The notes beneath the pieces were generated by a model. That model ran no database searches, was not told where the DNA came from, and worked only from the letters and a program-made list of their open reading frames with translations. Of a stretch of DNA of 64,000 nt, positions 17,987 through 29,523 are shown piece after piece (the stretch's first letter is position 1; each line of letters starts with the position of its first letter). The stretch covers positions 173 through 64,172 of the forward strand of contig JBAZMO010000001.1 of the NCBI GenBank assembly GCA_041649655.1, read 5' to 3'. The DNA is from Patescibacteria group bacterium. GTDB taxonomy: Bacteria; Patescibacteriota; Patescibacteriia; 2-01-FULL-39-33. The position numbers and the translations under genes are program-made.

Positions 17987-19150
17987 ATGATGAGGATTTT
18001 AGAGGGTTCGCGAGCAATCGCGGAAACAATCAATAATATCAAGCCGGCGGTGGTCTCTTGCTATCCGATTACGCCTCAGACCCATATTGTCGAGGATTTG
18101 GCCAAATTCAAAGCTGATGGCGAGGCGGATTATGAGTATGTGTTGGCGGAAAGCGAATTCAGCGCCATTTCCGTTCTGGCGGGAGCGGCGGCGGCCGGGG
18201 TCCGGACTTATACCGCCACTTCTTCGCAGGGCCTGCTGCTGATGACTGAGGTGTTGTATAATATCGCCGGAATGCGTTTGCCGGTGGTTATAACCAATGC
18301 CAATCGCGCGGTTTCCGCTCCGATCAATATTTGGAATGATCAGCAGGACGCGGTGACGATGCGCGATGCCGGTTGGATCATGTTTTTCGGCGAGACCAAT
18401 CAGGAATCCTGCGATCTGCATGTTCTGGCTTACAAGGTGGCGGAACAATCGGCGTTGCCGGCTATGGTTAATCTTGACGGTTTTGTCCTGACTCATACGG
18501 TGGAGCCGGTGGAGGTGCCGGCGCCGGCCTTGATCAAGAAATATCTGCCTGATTGGCGGCCGGCGGAAAAATTGGATGTCAAACATCCTTTGACTTTCGG
18601 CGCTTTTGCTACGCCGGAGCATTATTTTGAAATTCGCCGAGGGTTGCATGAGGATTTGGCCTTAAGCCGGAAATTGATCGCTAAGGAAATGTCGGAATTC
18701 AAAAAGGTCTTCGGCCGGAAATTATCTTTGGTTGAATATTATGGCGATAAAAATGCCGAGACAGTCGTGGTGGCTATGGGTTCGGTTTTGGGCACGATCA
18801 AGGAAACAGTCGACGAGCTTAATAAACCCCTCCCGACCTCCCCTTTAGTAAAGGTGAAGGGTAAGGTTGGAGTGTTAAAGATTACGGCGTTCCGGCCGTT
18901 TCCGGCTGAAGAAATCATTAAGCTGATCGGCGGCAAGAAAAACATCTTGGTAATTGACAAGTCGGTGTCGCTGGGCGAGGAAGGGGTTTTGGCCGGTGAG
19001 TTGCGCCGCGCTTTCTACGGCCGGTCGAAGGCGAAAATCGTCGGCGCCATTATGGGCTTGGGCGGTCGGGATATCACTAAGGAAATGATTAAAAAAACCA
19101 TCGCCTTGGCCGTTAAAACCAAAGAAAAAACCATTTTCGTCGGCAAATAA
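17987..19150 (+). CDS. porA: pyruvate:ferredoxin oxidoreductase alpha subunit
   Basis: PorA-type domain; 387 aa. Confidence 0.85.
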   Translation: MMRILEGSRAIAETINNIKPAVVSCYPITPQTHIVEDLAKFKADGEADYEYVLAESEFSAISVLAGAAAAGVRTYTATSSQGLLLMTEVLYNIAGMRLPVVITNANRAVSAPINIWNDQQDAVTMRDAGWIMFFGETNQESCDLHVLAYKVAEQSALPAMVNLDGFVLTHTVEPVEVPAPALIKKYLPDWRPAEKLDVKHPLTFGAFATPEHYFEIRRGLHEDLALSRKLIAKEMSEFKKVFGRKLSLVEYYGDKNAETVVVAMGSVLGTIKETVDELNKPLPTSPLVKVKGKVGVLKITAFRPFPAEEIIKLIGGKKNILVIDKSVSLGEEGVLAGELRRAFYGRSKAKIVGAIMGLGGRDITKEMIKKTIALAVKTKEKTIFVGK

Positions 19151-19159
19151 GCAAATTTT

Positions 19160-20074
19160 ATGGAAAAAAACATTAAACGATATAAAGCCCCTCTGGCCCA
19201 TCTGCTTGATCCCGGCCATTCCGCTTGCGCCGGCTGCGGCATGATTATCGCTGTTCGATTATTGGTTGATGCAGCCGGTCCGAAGACGATTATGACCAGC
19301 GCCACCGGCTGCAGCGAGGTGACTACGACTCAGTATCCAATGACGTCTTTTAAGATTCCCTGGATCCATTCCTTGTTTGAAAATTCTTCCAGCGTAGCGA
19401 CGGGCGTAGCGGCGGCCTTGAAATACCAAAAGCAAGAAGATGTCAATGTGATTGCGGTCGGCGGCGATGGCGCGACTTTCGATATCGGTTTCGGCCAGCT
19501 GTCCGGCTTATGGGAGCGGGGCGATAACGTGCTGTATGTCTGCTATGACAATGAGGCCTATGAAAATACCGGCAATCAATCCAGCGGTGCGACGCCGTTA
19601 AGCGCCAGCGCGACAACGGCGCCGGCCGGCAAGAAGTCCTTCGGCAATCCGACTCGGAAAAAGGATATGATTAAAATCGCTTTGGCTCACCGATTGCCCT
19701 ATGTCGCTACTGCTACTGTCGCTTATCCCTATGACATTATTGCCAAAGTCAAAAAGGCCTTGACGATCAAAGGGCCGAAATATTTGCAGATTTATACGCC
19801 TTGCGTGCCGGGTTGGGGCATTGAGCCGCAGGACACTATTAATATTTCAAAATCAGCTGTCCAGTCCGGCTATTATCCGCTTGTCGAATATCTTGACGGC
19901 GAGTTGGCGAATAAAATGAAAATTAATGCCCGAGAGCCGATTGAGAAGTTTTTGAAGCCGCAGAAGCGATTCAGGCATTTATTCAATGCGTCCAATGGAG
20001 AAGCCGGCCTGGCGGAAATCGCCAAATGGCAGGCCTTGTGCGATGCCAACATTAAGGAATACGGTTTGATGTAA
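19160..20074 (+). CDS. porB: pyruvate:ferredoxin oxidoreductase beta subunit (TPP-binding)
   Basis: GCGMIIA ... GDGATFDIGFGQLS TPP-binding GDG motif; 304 aa. Confidence 0.85.
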   Translation: MEKNIKRYKAPLAHLLDPGHSACAGCGMIIAVRLLVDAAGPKTIMTSATGCSEVTTTQYPMTSFKIPWIHSLFENSSSVATGVAAALKYQKQEDVNVIAVGGDGATFDIGFGQLSGLWERGDNVLYVCYDNEAYENTGNQSSGATPLSASATTAPAGKKSFGNPTRKKDMIKIALAHRLPYVATATVAYPYDIIAKVKKALTIKGPKYLQIYTPCVPGWGIEPQDTINISKSAVQSGYYPLVEYLDGELANKMKINAREPIEKFLKPQKRFRHLFNASNGEAGLAEIAKWQALCDANIKEYGLM

Positions 20075-20097
20075 AAATATCAAACGAATCAACAAAA

Positions 20098-20125
20098 ATC
20101 CCTAAATATTTAGGGATTTTTTGCA
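20098..20125 (+). terminator. rho-independent terminator after porB
   Basis: TCCCTAAATATTTAGGGA palindrome followed by TTTTTT. Confidence 0.6.
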
Positions 20126-20331
20126 TTTTTGTCTTATTTTAGCTTATTTTTTTGATTAGCTATTGACAAAAACTGTAAAATAGCATAAGATTTTAGCGCA
20201 TAGTTCATAAGAAACACGGCTCCCTGGGAGTCAAAAGAGGAGGACGGCCGATGTAAGAGACAGCGCGCGCAGTGATTTTTAATTGATTTTGTTTTCAAAC
20301 TGGGAAAAAAAACAAGGAGAAACAAGTCATC

Positions 20332-20817
20332 ATGAAGAAACTCATCGTTGTCGCTATCGTTGCTATCTTTTTGACCATGTCGTCGCTTACTGCCAGCGCG
20401 GACTTCTCGCGTGCCGAGAAGAACGTTGGTCGGACGTTGATTTGCCCGTTCAAGGCCGTTGGAGCTGTCGTTACCGACGTCTTCAAGTCGTTGACGCTTC
20501 AGAAATCGACCGCTATTTTGGCAATACCGAAGCATGTCCGTCAGCAGACGACTGATATGCTCGAGAGCGCCGGGCGGACGATCGTCGGCGCCGAACCGAT
20601 TGCCGATGACGGCAACGGCGCGGCCACGACCTGGATCGCCGACAATAATTTAGATCCATTGGTGGACTTTTTCGTTTATGGCGTAACGGCCGGGGTCTGG
20701 ACTCATAACAAGTCCAATCTGGCTTTGCATCATAACCACCTCGGCCTTAAGGTGCTGGGTTGGACCGGCGGCGGAGTCGTCGCCGCTGATCTGATCGACC
20801 AAGCGGTCGAGAAGTAA
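20332..20817 (+). CDS. secreted hypothetical protein
   Basis: Signal peptide MKKLIVVAIVAIFLTMSSLTASA. RBS AAGGAGA. Preceded by a long (about 140 nt) 5' leader from a TTGACA promoter at 20163. Confidence 0.5.
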   Translation: MKKLIVVAIVAIFLTMSSLTASADFSRAEKNVGRTLICPFKAVGAVVTDVFKSLTLQKSTAILAIPKHVRQQTTDMLESAGRTIVGAEPIADDGNGAATTWIADNNLDPLVDFFVYGVTAGVWTHNKSNLALHHNHLGLKVLGWTGGGVVAADLIDQAVEK

Positions 20818-20849
20818 ACGCAATACTGCGTAGTTAATATTCGCACCCC

Positions 20850-20882
20850 GCGGGGTTCCGGAAACGGAGCCCCGCTTTTTTA
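20850..20882 (+). terminator. rho-independent terminator
   Basis: GCGGGG...CCCCGC hairpin followed by TTTTTT. Confidence 0.6.
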
Positions 20883-20950
20883 TTCTTACTTGACCCGGTT
20901 TGAAGAATGTGCTATGCTTGTGGTTGACGCATTAATTTTTTTTATTATCT

Positions 20951-23818
20951 ATGGCTAAAAGCAAAACGGCTGATTATTCGGCTATCAGAGTAGTCGGCGC
21001 TCGCGTTAACAATCTCAAGAATGTTTCCGTGGATATTCCCCGCGGCAAGCTGGTGGTTATTTCCGGCTTGTCCGGCTCCGGCAAATCCTCACTGGCTTTC
21101 GATACGATTTACGCCGAGGGCCAGCGCCGTTATGCCGAATCGCTGTCTTCTTATGCCAAGCAGTTTTTGGATTTGATGGATAAGCCGGATGTCGATTCGA
21201 TCGAGGGCTTGTCGCCGACGATCGCCATCGATCAGAGGTCATCTTCCATCAATCCACGTTCCACGGTCGGCACGATTACAGAAATTTATGATTACCTGCG
21301 GTTGCTTTACGCCCGGGTCGGCCAAGTCCATTGCCATAAATGCGGCGCGGCGCTCAAGCGCCAGACCCCGACGCAGATTCTGGAACAGCTGGCTAAATTG
21401 CCGGAGGGGCAAAGGATCAAGATTCTCGCTCCGGTGGTTTTGAATAAGAAGGGCAGCCAGCAGAAAATCATCGATAATCTTCTGAAAGCCAATCATGAGA
21501 TTTTCCGGATCGACGGCAGTTTTTATCAGGCGTCTGAAATCTCGCAGAATCGTTTGACGCTCGATAAGGATGTCAGCCATACGATCGAAGTCCAGGTTGA
21601 CGATTTGGCTATCGTTAAAGAAATAAAGAATCTGGAGACCAAGGATATCTCTTACGCCCGCCTGAATAAGGCGTTGCTGCTAGCTTTGGATTTGAGCAAC
21701 GGTTTTGTCAATGTCGCCAGTGACGGCCGGCCGGATCTTAATTTCAATCTGTATTATTTCTGCCCCAATTGCCAGATCAGCTTGCCGGAAATCGAGCCGA
21801 GCACTTTTTCTTTCAATTCGCCGTTCGGCGCTTGTCCGGCTTGCCGCGGCTTAGGCGTCAAGCTCAGCCCGGATCGCGATTTAATCATTCCCAATAAGCG
21901 ATTGACGCTGGCTGAGGGAGCGATCAAGCCCTGGTCGCGCAATTTCGCCTCGCAAAACTCCAACATGAAGCTGTTGGAAGCAGTCGCCAAGAAATACGGC
22001 TTCTCGCTTAATGCGCCGGTGTCGGAATTGCCGGAAAATGTTTTGACTTTGATTCACGAGGGCGATGGCCGGGAGTATGCCATTGATGGCAAGCCGATGA
22101 TTTTTGACGGCGTTTTGAAATTTTTAGATGATAAATATAATGATACTAAGTCGGAGTATTTGCAGAAGACGCTGGAGGATTACATGCGGGTTTCGACTTG
22201 CCAAGTTTGTTCGGGCACCAGATTGCGGCCGGAAAGCTTGGCCGTTAAAGTCGATGATCTGAGCATCTTCCAAATCACGGCTTTATCGGTCGACAGCTTG
22301 GCAAAATTGATCGCCGCTTTAGCTAAGAAGTGGGGCGAAAAAAAAGAAGGCAAGATTTCCAAGCAGTTGCTTAAGGAGATCCTGAAAAAGATTGCTTATT
22401 TGCAGAATGTCGGCTTGGGTTATCTGACTTTATCTCGCAGCGCCAACACTTTGGCCGGCGGCGAAGCGCAGCGGATCCGGCTGGCGACTCAGATCGGCTC
22501 CGGCTTGGAATCTGTCACTTATGTCTTGGACGAACCGTCAATCGGTTTGCATCCCCGCAATACCGAAAAATTAATTAATACTTTAAATGCCTTGCGTGAT
22601 AAAGGCAATTCGGTCATTGTCGTCGAACATGACGAGCAGATCATGAATGCCGCTGATTGGCTGATCGATGTCGGACCGGGCGCCGGCATCTATGGCGGTG
22701 AAATCACGGCCGAAGGCACGGTCAAAGAAGTCAAAAAAAACAAGAAATCAATCACCGGCCAATATCTTTCCGGCGCGAAAAAAATCGAAGCCAGAAGTAA
22801 TCTGCGCGAAGGCAACGGCAAGTTCATCGAGATCATCGGCGCCTCGGAATTCAATTTGAAAAATATCAATGTCAGGATTCCCTTGGGCAAATTGGTGGTG
22901 ATTACTGGCGTTTCCGGTTCGGGCAAATCCACATTAATGAATGAGATCCTGGCTAAGGCCTTGTCGGCCAGATTTTATCGCACCAAGGATCTGCCCGGCC
23001 GCCATCGGGAAATCAAGGGCTTGGAAAATTTGGATAAAGTCATTAATATCGATCAATCGCCGATCGGCCGGACGCCGCGCAGCAACCCCGCCACTTACAC
23101 CGGCGTTTTCACTTATATCCGCGATCTTTACAGCGAATTGCCGGAAGCCAAGATGCGCGGCTTTAAGCAAGGTCATTTTTCTTTCAATGTCAAAGGCGGC
23201 GGACGCTGCGAAACCTGCGGCGGCGACGGCATGATCAAGATCGAAATGCAGTTTTTGCCGGATGTCTACGTCGAGTGCGAAGAATGCCATGGCAAACGCT
23301 ATAATCACGAGGCGTTGGAGATTTATTTCAAGGAGAAAAATATCGCCGATGTGCTGGCGATGTCTGTCAGCGAGGCCAAGAAATTTTTTGGCGGCCAAAG
23401 CCAGATCATTGATAAATTGGAGATTTTGGAGCAGGTCGGATTGGGTTATCTGAAACTCGGCCAATCGGCGACAACATTGTCCGGCGGCGAGGCCCAACGG
23501 GTTAAATTGGCGACAGAATTATCGCGCCGGCCGACCGGCAAGACCCTGTATGTTTTGGATGAACCGACGACCGGCTTGCATTTCGATGATATCAAGCGGC
23601 TCTTGCAGGTTTTGAATAAGCTGGCCGACAAAGATAATTCGGTTCTGATTATCGAGCATAATTTGGAGGTGATCAAGTCAGCCGATTGGATCATTGATTT
23701 GGGGCCGGAAGGTGGTGATCGGGGGGGGTACGTGGTGGCAACTGGCACGCCATTCGAGGTGGCGGAAGTCAAAGAGAGTTATACCGGCCAGTATTTGAAA
23801 AAGGCCTTGGAGAAATAA
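20951..23818 (+). CDS. uvrA: excinuclease ABC subunit A
   Basis: Two ABC ATPase modules ([10 protein letters not shown] and [10 protein letters not shown] Walker A; two LSGGE signatures) and zinc-finger CxxC pairs; 955 aa. Confidence 0.95.
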   Translation: MAKSKTADYSAIRVVGARVNNLKNVSVDIPRGKLVVISGLSGSGKSSLAFDTIYAEGQRRYAESLSSYAKQFLDLMDKPDVDSIEGLSPTIAIDQRSSSINPRSTVGTITEIYDYLRLLYARVGQVHCHKCGAALKRQTPTQILEQLAKLPEGQRIKILAPVVLNKKGSQQKIIDNLLKANHEIFRIDGSFYQASEISQNRLTLDKDVSHTIEVQVDDLAIVKEIKNLETKDISYARLNKALLLALDLSNGFVNVASDGRPDLNFNLYYFCPNCQISLPEIEPSTFSFNSPFGACPACRGLGVKLSPDRDLIIPNKRLTLAEGAIKPWSRNFASQNSNMKLLEAVAKKYGFSLNAPVSELPENVLTLIHEGDGREYAIDGKPMIFDGVLKFLDDKYNDTKSEYLQKTLEDYMRVSTCQVCSGTRLRPESLAVKVDDLSIFQITALSVDSLAKLIAALAKKWGEKKEGKISKQLLKEILKKIAYLQNVGLGYLTLSRSANTLAGGEAQRIRLATQIGSGLESVTYVLDEPSIGLHPRNTEKLINTLNALRDKGNSVIVVEHDEQIMNAADWLIDVGPGAGIYGGEITAEGTVKEVKKNKKSITGQYLSGAKKIEARSNLREGNGKFIEIIGASEFNLKNINVRIPLGKLVVITGVSGSGKSTLMNEILAKALSARFYRTKDLPGRHREIKGLENLDKVINIDQSPIGRTPRSNPATYTGVFTYIRDLYSELPEAKMRGFKQGHFSFNVKGGGRCETCGGDGMIKIEMQFLPDVYVECEECHGKRYNHEALEIYFKEKNIADVLAMSVSEAKKFFGGQSQIIDKLEILEQVGLGYLKLGQSATTLSGGEAQRVKLATELSRRPTGKTLYVLDEPTTGLHFDDIKRLLQVLNKLADKDNSVLIIEHNLEVIKSADWIIDLGPEGGDRGGYVVATGTPFEVAEVKESYTGQYLKKALEK

Positions 23819-23840
23819 CTTAATAATGTTTATTTAATTT

Positions 23841-23872
23841 AGCCCGAGGCTGTGTTGTCCTCGGGCTTTTTT
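23841..23872 (+). terminator. rho-independent terminator after uvrA
   Basis: AGCCCGAGG...CCTCGGGCT hairpin followed by TTTTTT. Confidence 0.6.
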
Positions 23873-23953
23873 ATGCGCCGGTCTAGTTAAATAGGATTTG
23901 AAATCGTTAGATTTTTGTGATAATCTTTAAATATCCTAAATTAAGACAATTAT

Positions 23954-26857
23954 ATGACATACAAGGAGTTCTTGAATGATGGAGGAGAGAAGAAGTGGCA
24001 GGATCAATGGCTGAACACAAAAATTGATCGAGCCGATGACTTCAGTTCCAAGCCCAAGAAATATGTGCTGGATATGTTCCCGTATCCGTCCGGCGCGGGC
24101 TTGCATGTCGGCCATCCGGAGGGTTATGCGGCGACTGATATTTATTCTCGTTATTGGCGGCTGAAGGGATTCAATGTCCTGCATCCGATGGGCTGGGACG
24201 CTTTCGGTTTGCCGGCGGAAAATTACGCCATCAAAACCGGCACCCAGCCGCAATTGACCACTGATAATAATGTCGCCACTTTTAAACGCCAAATTCAGTC
24301 GCTTGGCTTTTCTTATGATTGGGATCGGGAAATCAATACCACTGATCCGAAATATTATAAATGGACGCAATGGATTTTTTTGCAATTGTTCAAAAAAGGC
24401 CTGGCTTATGAGGCGACCGTGCCGATTAATTTTTGTCCGTCATGTTTGACTGGTTTGGCTAATGAAGAAGTCAAAGACGGCAAATGCGATCGCTGCGGCA
24501 CGTCGGTCGAGAAGAAGGATTTGCGCCAATGGATGTTGAAGATTACCGCTTATGCCGACAGGTTGTTGGAAGGGGTTGATAAGCTGGATTGGCCGGAGTC
24601 GATCAAGGCCCTGCAGCGGAATTGGATCGGCCGATCGGAGGGAGCAACGGTGAAATTTCCAATTTCCAATTTCCAATTTCCAATTGAGGTTTATACTACT
24701 CGCCCCGACACTCTTTTTGGCGCGACCTATATGGTTTTGTCCCCTGAACATAATCTTTTGGATGAATTGAAACCTAGAATTACTAATTGGGAAGAGGTTC
24801 AGGATTATATCGCTAAAGCCAAGAATAAATCCGATCTGGAACGGACAGAACTTAATAAGGATAAGACCGGCGTTGAGCTGAAGGGCATTAAGGCGATTAA
24901 TCCGGTCAACGGCCAGGAGATCCCGATCTGGATTTCCGATTATGTGCTGGCGTCTTACGGCACCGGCGCGATCATGGCGGTGCCAGCTCATGATGAGCGT
25001 GATTTTGAATTCGCGAAGAAGTTCGGTTTGCCGATCATCGAGGTGATTATTCCGGAAAGGATTGATAAAAGGAATCCGCCCGTAGCCGGCAAAGAAAAGG
25101 TTGAGAGAAAAAATGTCCAAGTCATTGTTCGCAATCCTCGGACGGGAAAAATTCTTTGCCTTCATTCCCATAAATACGGCTGGGTCACTTTTCCAATGGG
25201 CGGCGTCGGGACTGATGAAGATCTGTTGGCTGCCGCTAAGCGCGAGGTGATAGAAGAAACCGGTTATCGGAATTTAATTAATGGCGAAGTGCTCGGCGGG
25301 CAAGTTCGCGCTGAATATTTCGCTAATCATAAGGATGTTAATCGAGTTTCTTTCACTAACTTAGTTCGATTTGATTTGGCTGATGAAGAACAGATCGGAA
25401 TTTCTGAGGAGGAAAAAATAGCCGAGAATGAAATCCTTTGGAAAAATCCGGAAGAATTAACGTTGGATTTCATGGTTCATGCGGAAATGGATGTTTGGCT
25501 GGAACGGATTAAAAAAGGCGATATCGCTTATACGGACGTCGATAATGGTGTCATGATCAATTCGGAATTTTTGAACGGCCTTGTGCCGGCTGAAGCAATC
25601 GGCAAGATGATCGACTGGCTGGAAGAAAAAGGTGTCGGCCATAAAGCGATCAATTACAAATTGCGCGATTGGGTTTTTTCTCGCCAAAGATATTGGGGCG
25701 AACCGATCCCGCTGGTGCACTGCGAGAAGTGCGGTCCGCCAGCTGGCGGATGTGCCATTCCGCTAAATGAAAAGGATTTGCCATTAACACTGCCCCAAGT
25801 GGAAAAATACGAGCCGACCGGCACCGGCGAATCGCCGCTCGCGACAATCGATGAGTGGGTCAATACGATTTGCCCGAAATGCGGCGGTCCGGCTAAGCGC
25901 GAGACCAACACAATGCCGCAATGGGCAGGCAGTTCTTGGTATTGGCTCAGGTATATTGATCCGCATAATGATGAGGCCTTTGCCGATCAGGATAAATTGA
26001 AATACTGGCTGCCGGTCGATTTGTATTTGGGCGGAGCTGAGCATGCGGTTTTGCATTTGCTTTATGCTCGTTTTTGGAATATGGTTTTGTTTGATCTGGG
26101 CGTTGTGCCGCAAGAAGAGCCGTTTGCTAAGTTGATTAATCAGGGTTTGATTCTGGGCGAAGACGGCGAGAAGATGTCGAAGTCGCGCGGCAATGTGGTC
26201 AATCCCGATGAAATCGTCAAGGACTTCGGCGCCGACACTTTCCGTTTATATGAGATGTTTATGGGGCCATTGGAAGCGATGAAGCCCTGGAGCACCAAGA
26301 ATATTCTGGGCGTCCATCGGTTTTTGAATAGGGTTTGGGAGTTAGTTCCCCTCCTTTCCAGGGAGGGGCTAGGGGAGGTTTCGGAAGGGAATGACAAGGC
26401 AGAATTAGAAATTTTATTTAATAAGACCATTAAAAAAGTCGGCGAGGATATTGAGGCGATGAGTTATAATACGGCTATTTCAGCGCTGATGGTTCTGGTC
26501 AATAAATTCCAGTCGGCTGGTGGTATTAATCAAGAGCAATTAGAAAAATTTTTAATCATCCTGTCGCCGTTCGCGCCGCATTTGGCAGAAGAATTGTGGG
26601 GAAAGTTAGGCCAGGTGGAAAGTATTTTTAAAGAAAAGTGGCCGGAGTATGATGCAAGCAAAGTCATTGACACGGAAATTGAAATGCCGGTGCAGATCAA
26701 TGGCAAAGTACGGGCTAAATTGAAATTGCCGGCCAATATTAGTGAAACTGAGGCGAAAGCAGCTGCTCTTAGTGATGAGAATGTCAAAAAATATCTGGTT
26801 GGCGAACCAAAGAAGATTATTTTCATTAAAGGCAAGTTGATCAGTATCGTGGTTTAG
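23954..26857 (+). CDS. leuS: leucyl-tRNA synthetase carrying an internal Nudix hydrolase domain
   Basis: [20 protein letters not shown] motif, CP1 editing domain, KMSKSRGN, C-terminal KGKLISIVV. About 130 extra aa between the post-editing [19 protein letters not shown] block and [12 protein letters not shown] contain a full Nudix fold. Confidence 0.95.
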   Translation: MTYKEFLNDGGEKKWQDQWLNTKIDRADDFSSKPKKYVLDMFPYPSGAGLHVGHPEGYAATDIYSRYWRLKGFNVLHPMGWDAFGLPAENYAIKTGTQPQLTTDNNVATFKRQIQSLGFSYDWDREINTTDPKYYKWTQWIFLQLFKKGLAYEATVPINFCPSCLTGLANEEVKDGKCDRCGTSVEKKDLRQWMLKITAYADRLLEGVDKLDWPESIKALQRNWIGRSEGATVKFPISNFQFPIEVYTTRPDTLFGATYMVLSPEHNLLDELKPRITNWEEVQDYIAKAKNKSDLERTELNKDKTGVELKGIKAINPVNGQEIPIWISDYVLASYGTGAIMAVPAHDERDFEFAKKFGLPIIEVIIPERIDKRNPPVAGKEKVERKNVQVIVRNPRTGKILCLHSHKYGWVTFPMGGVGTDEDLLAAAKREVIEETGYRNLINGEVLGGQVRAEYFANHKDVNRVSFTNLVRFDLADEEQIGISEEEKIAENEILWKNPEELTLDFMVHAEMDVWLERIKKGDIAYTDVDNGVMINSEFLNGLVPAEAIGKMIDWLEEKGVGHKAINYKLRDWVFSRQRYWGEPIPLVHCEKCGPPAGGCAIPLNEKDLPLTLPQVEKYEPTGTGESPLATIDEWVNTICPKCGGPAKRETNTMPQWAGSSWYWLRYIDPHNDEAFADQDKLKYWLPVDLYLGGAEHAVLHLLYARFWNMVLFDLGVVPQEEPFAKLINQGLILGEDGEKMSKSRGNVVNPDEIVKDFGADTFRLYEMFMGPLEAMKPWSTKNILGVHRFLNRVWELVPLLSREGLGEVSEGNDKAELEILFNKTIKKVGEDIEAMSYNTAISALMVLVNKFQSAGGINQEQLEKFLIILSPFAPHLAEELWGKLGQVESIFKEKWPEYDASKVIDTEIEMPVQINGKVRAKLKLPANISETEAKAAALSDENVKKYLVGEPKKIIFIKGKLISIVV
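24654..24684 (+). repeat. (AATTTCC)n heptamer tandem repeat inside leuS, encoding FPISNFQFP
   Basis: AAATTTCCAATTTCCAATTTCCAATTTCCAA, identical to the ileS copy. Confidence 0.8.
25115..25525 (+). other. Nudix hydrolase domain embedded in LeuRS (Nudix box at about 25198..25266)
   Basis: [51 protein letters not shown] is a perfect GX5EX7REUXEEXGU Nudix box, with the preceding beta-strands typical of the fold. E. coli LeuRS has only about 45 aa in the corresponding segment. Confidence 0.75.
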
Positions 26858-26877
26858 TCATATTTTAAGTTATTTTT

Positions 26878-27840
26878 ATGAAGAATATCAATGAGCAGAC
26901 AGAGCGGATCAGGGTTAGTCGTTATGAATTAGGCGGCGGAGAAATGCTGGCTTTATCTGAAAGCAATCCGCAAGAATTTTTATTAAAATATGGCGTTGAG
27001 CCGGCTTTAGAAATGTTGGAGCAAGGTCGTTATGATTATGATACGATAGTGACTAAATCTCAGCGGACGGAAGAAGAGGATAAAATTTTTATTGAAAAAT
27101 GGAAATCGGTCATCGGTTATGATCCTGACGGCAATCCTGGCAATTTGCCCTGGGTAGGACAAATACGAGATAGATACCGGCAAATATTATCGCCGGGTTT
27201 TTGTCAGTTTATTGATAAAGATAATTTTTCTGAATTCGGCGGAGAAGTCCGGTTCTATCTCTCCATTAAACAAGATTATTTATTGGATTTTTTGGAGCAG
27301 TTAGCGGGGGCGTTTGAGGAGCTGCCGGATTTATTCGCTTTCAAGATAAATATCAGCAATCAGGAGAGAAATGAAAATGCTGTTTTGTATTTGACTGAGG
27401 CCGCTACTCGTTCTGAAATAGATAAGTTGCTGCAAGTTCTTAGCGGTTTGCGTGTTCAGATCCATGATTCACAAGAGGTCTTTAATGGCTTTGACTTTCA
27501 GACGCCATTCAGCCAGCCGATTGTGGAAGAGTCAAACCGAGCCATTATCGGCCAACTGGCTTTTAATCCTTTTGCCAGCGCTAAGGGCAAAGTTAAATTA
27601 AGTTATGACGGCAGAGAAATCGGTCGGGCGCGAACTGTTAATCAGCTGTTTTCCAAGTTGGTCGAGCTAGTCAGATATTGTCGTCCCACCGATAGTTCCC
27701 CGGAGGAAACCGCTCAAATGATAGCGGCCGAAGCCCAAGTAACTTGCAGCTTTGAAGACGGCAGTGAGGAGAAAATTTTAAGTTTAGTCCAATACTGCCA
27801 GCTTTGTTTGCAAAAACTTTCTGATATCTGCAAATCTTAA
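26878..27840 (+). CDS. hypothetical protein
   Basis: 320-aa ORF; no recognisable motif. Confidence 0.5.
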   Translation: MKNINEQTERIRVSRYELGGGEMLALSESNPQEFLLKYGVEPALEMLEQGRYDYDTIVTKSQRTEEEDKIFIEKWKSVIGYDPDGNPGNLPWVGQIRDRYRQILSPGFCQFIDKDNFSEFGGEVRFYLSIKQDYLLDFLEQLAGAFEELPDLFAFKINISNQERNENAVLYLTEAATRSEIDKLLQVLSGLRVQIHDSQEVFNGFDFQTPFSQPIVEESNRAIIGQLAFNPFASAKGKVKLSYDGREIGRARTVNQLFSKLVELVRYCRPTDSSPEETAQMIAAEAQVTCSFEDGSEEKILSLVQYCQLCLQKLSDICKS

Positions 27841-27852
27841 ACCAAGTAAAAA

Positions 27853-27880
27853 AGACGCCCCGACAGCGGTCGGAGCGTTT
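27853..27880. terminator. bidirectional terminator between convergent genes
   Basis: GCCCCGAC...GTCGGAGC imperfect hairpin with an A-run and a T-run on either side. Confidence 0.45.
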
Positions 27881-27885
27881 TAAGT

Positions 27886-29523
27886 TTAATGAAAGATCAA
27901 TTCGATCACATCGTCTTTTTTGAGGCGGCTTTGAGTGAAATTGGCGATTAGAGTGCCGTTAATAATGACGCTGACTTTTTCGGCCATATAACCGCAGTTA
28001 TCCAGCCAGTCGGCAATCGATGTTTCACCGGCAATGATTAGGCGTTTGCCTTGGCAGGGAACCAGAGTAATCGAACTGGCTACTAACAATTGTTTGACTA
28101 ATTCTTTCAATTCATTGATCGCGCGGACTCCGGCCTCTCGAATGAATTCCTTTTTGATCACTAAGTCGTAGATGTTGCTAATTAACTTAGCAAGTTCTCG
28201 GAGTAGCGGATCAGGCGTTTTATCGGGGTGGACGAGTTTTTGCCAAATGTGGAAACCGCGTTGAAGCTCTTTAGTCGGCGGGTCGGCTTGGCCGCACAAG
28301 ATATGGCAGAGCCATTCGCGGCAGTAACTGTCGTATTGGTTGATTTTGAAGATATCGATCTCATTTTTTTCAAAAATCGTCTGCAGGCGGGCCAGCGGAT
28401 TTTGGCCGTCGCCCTCAGGCATCTTGACTTTCGGTTGAGGCGTGGCTTTTTCCATTGGCGTTTGCTGTTGGATCGCCGGCTCCTTGAGTGTCGCCGGTTC
28501 AGTGTCCGCCGAAGCCGATCGAAAGTATTCCCAATCCAGACCATCGAACAATTTGGGATTAACTTGGCATAATTCGGCGATCCCGGCCGTTACCGACGGC
28601 CGCAAGCCCGGGGATTGCTTGACCGCTTCAGCCAGGATATTGCCAAAAGTTGATTTGATTGGGTCTGACAGCCGATCCGGTTTCTTGAAGATCTTGATGA
28701 CTTTTTCCGCCGCTTTTTTTCCGGCTCGGGCTTCCGGCGGCAGATTATTGTTGAATAGCAACCGTATGATTGTGAATAGTTGGCCTAGGGCTTCAGTCAT
28801 CTTCCCGGTTTGGCTGGCTGTTTGAAGTGAGGCAGCGACTGCGAATCCATTGGCGGTCAAACTGTTCAAGTTGGAAGCGATGATCTCTTGGGCAAAAATA
28901 TGTCCGGGATATTCCGGCTTGGTTTCAGTTATGGATTTGGCGCCGGATTTTTTGCTTTTCGAGCCATCGCTTGGCCCGGTTAAGAGTAGTCGGCCCTGGC
29001 TCGTTTCCGGCAGGGACAACCGGGCTTGGCCGGTCGTTTGATCGTGCGCAATCAAGCCGGTCGGCTCGCCGGTCCAGAACGATCTGACTTTCTTAATGAC
29101 CGAAACCGGCAATTCCTCGTCGACTCGTTTGGCTAAATGAGGGTTAACTTCGAACAGGATGGAAATGATCGTTTCCTTGTCTTCCGGATGAAGATGAAGA
29201 TGGATCCGGTAGAGCATCGATTGGACGGCGCGGATCATTATTTCTCGGCCGTCCTCCGAGCCGAAGCAATTATTGATTCGCCGCAGCGTTTCGTGCTGCG
29301 CGGTTCGATCCTGCGTCATTAGCCAGGTGAGAAGGCCGTAAAGATAGGCGCAATGAATGTCATCTTTGGTTATCGCCCAGCATCTTGCTGCCGTCGAATT
29401 GCGGACATTGATGAAAACCAACTGCCAAAATTGATGGACAGCTGCTTTGATCAAGCGCTGATCATTGAAACGTTCATTATCCGGTGGCAGGACGCCTAAG
29501 CCAGCCAGTTGTTTCTTAGACAT
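27886..29523 (-). CDS. hypothetical protein with a beta-grasp-like C-terminus
   Basis: Start assigned to ATG at 29523 with a strong RBS GGAAGGAGGACGACTT. Promoter on the minus strand: TTGACA (29629..29624), 17 nt, TACAAT (29606..29601). Confidence 0.55.
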   Translation of the reverse strand: MSKKQLAGLGVLPPDNERFNDQRLIKAAVHQFWQLVFINVRNSTAARCWAITKDDIHCAYLYGLLTWLMTQDRTAQHETLRRINNCFGSEDGREIMIRAVQSMLYRIHLHLHPEDKETIISILFEVNPHLAKRVDEELPVSVIKKVRSFWTGEPTGLIAHDQTTGQARLSLPETSQGRLLLTGPSDGSKSKKSGAKSITETKPEYPGHIFAQEIIASNLNSLTANGFAVAASLQTASQTGKMTEALGQLFTIIRLLFNNNLPPEARAGKKAAEKVIKIFKKPDRLSDPIKSTFGNILAEAVKQSPGLRPSVTAGIAELCQVNPKLFDGLDWEYFRSASADTEPATLKEPAIQQQTPMEKATPQPKVKMPEGDGQNPLARLQTIFEKNEIDIFKINQYDSYCREWLCHILCGQADPPTKELQRGFHIWQKLVHPDKTPDPLLRELAKLISNIYDLVIKKEFIREAGVRAINELKELVKQLLVASSITLVPCQGKRLIIAGETSIADWLDNCGYMAEKVSVIINGTLIANFTQSRLKKDDVIELIFH

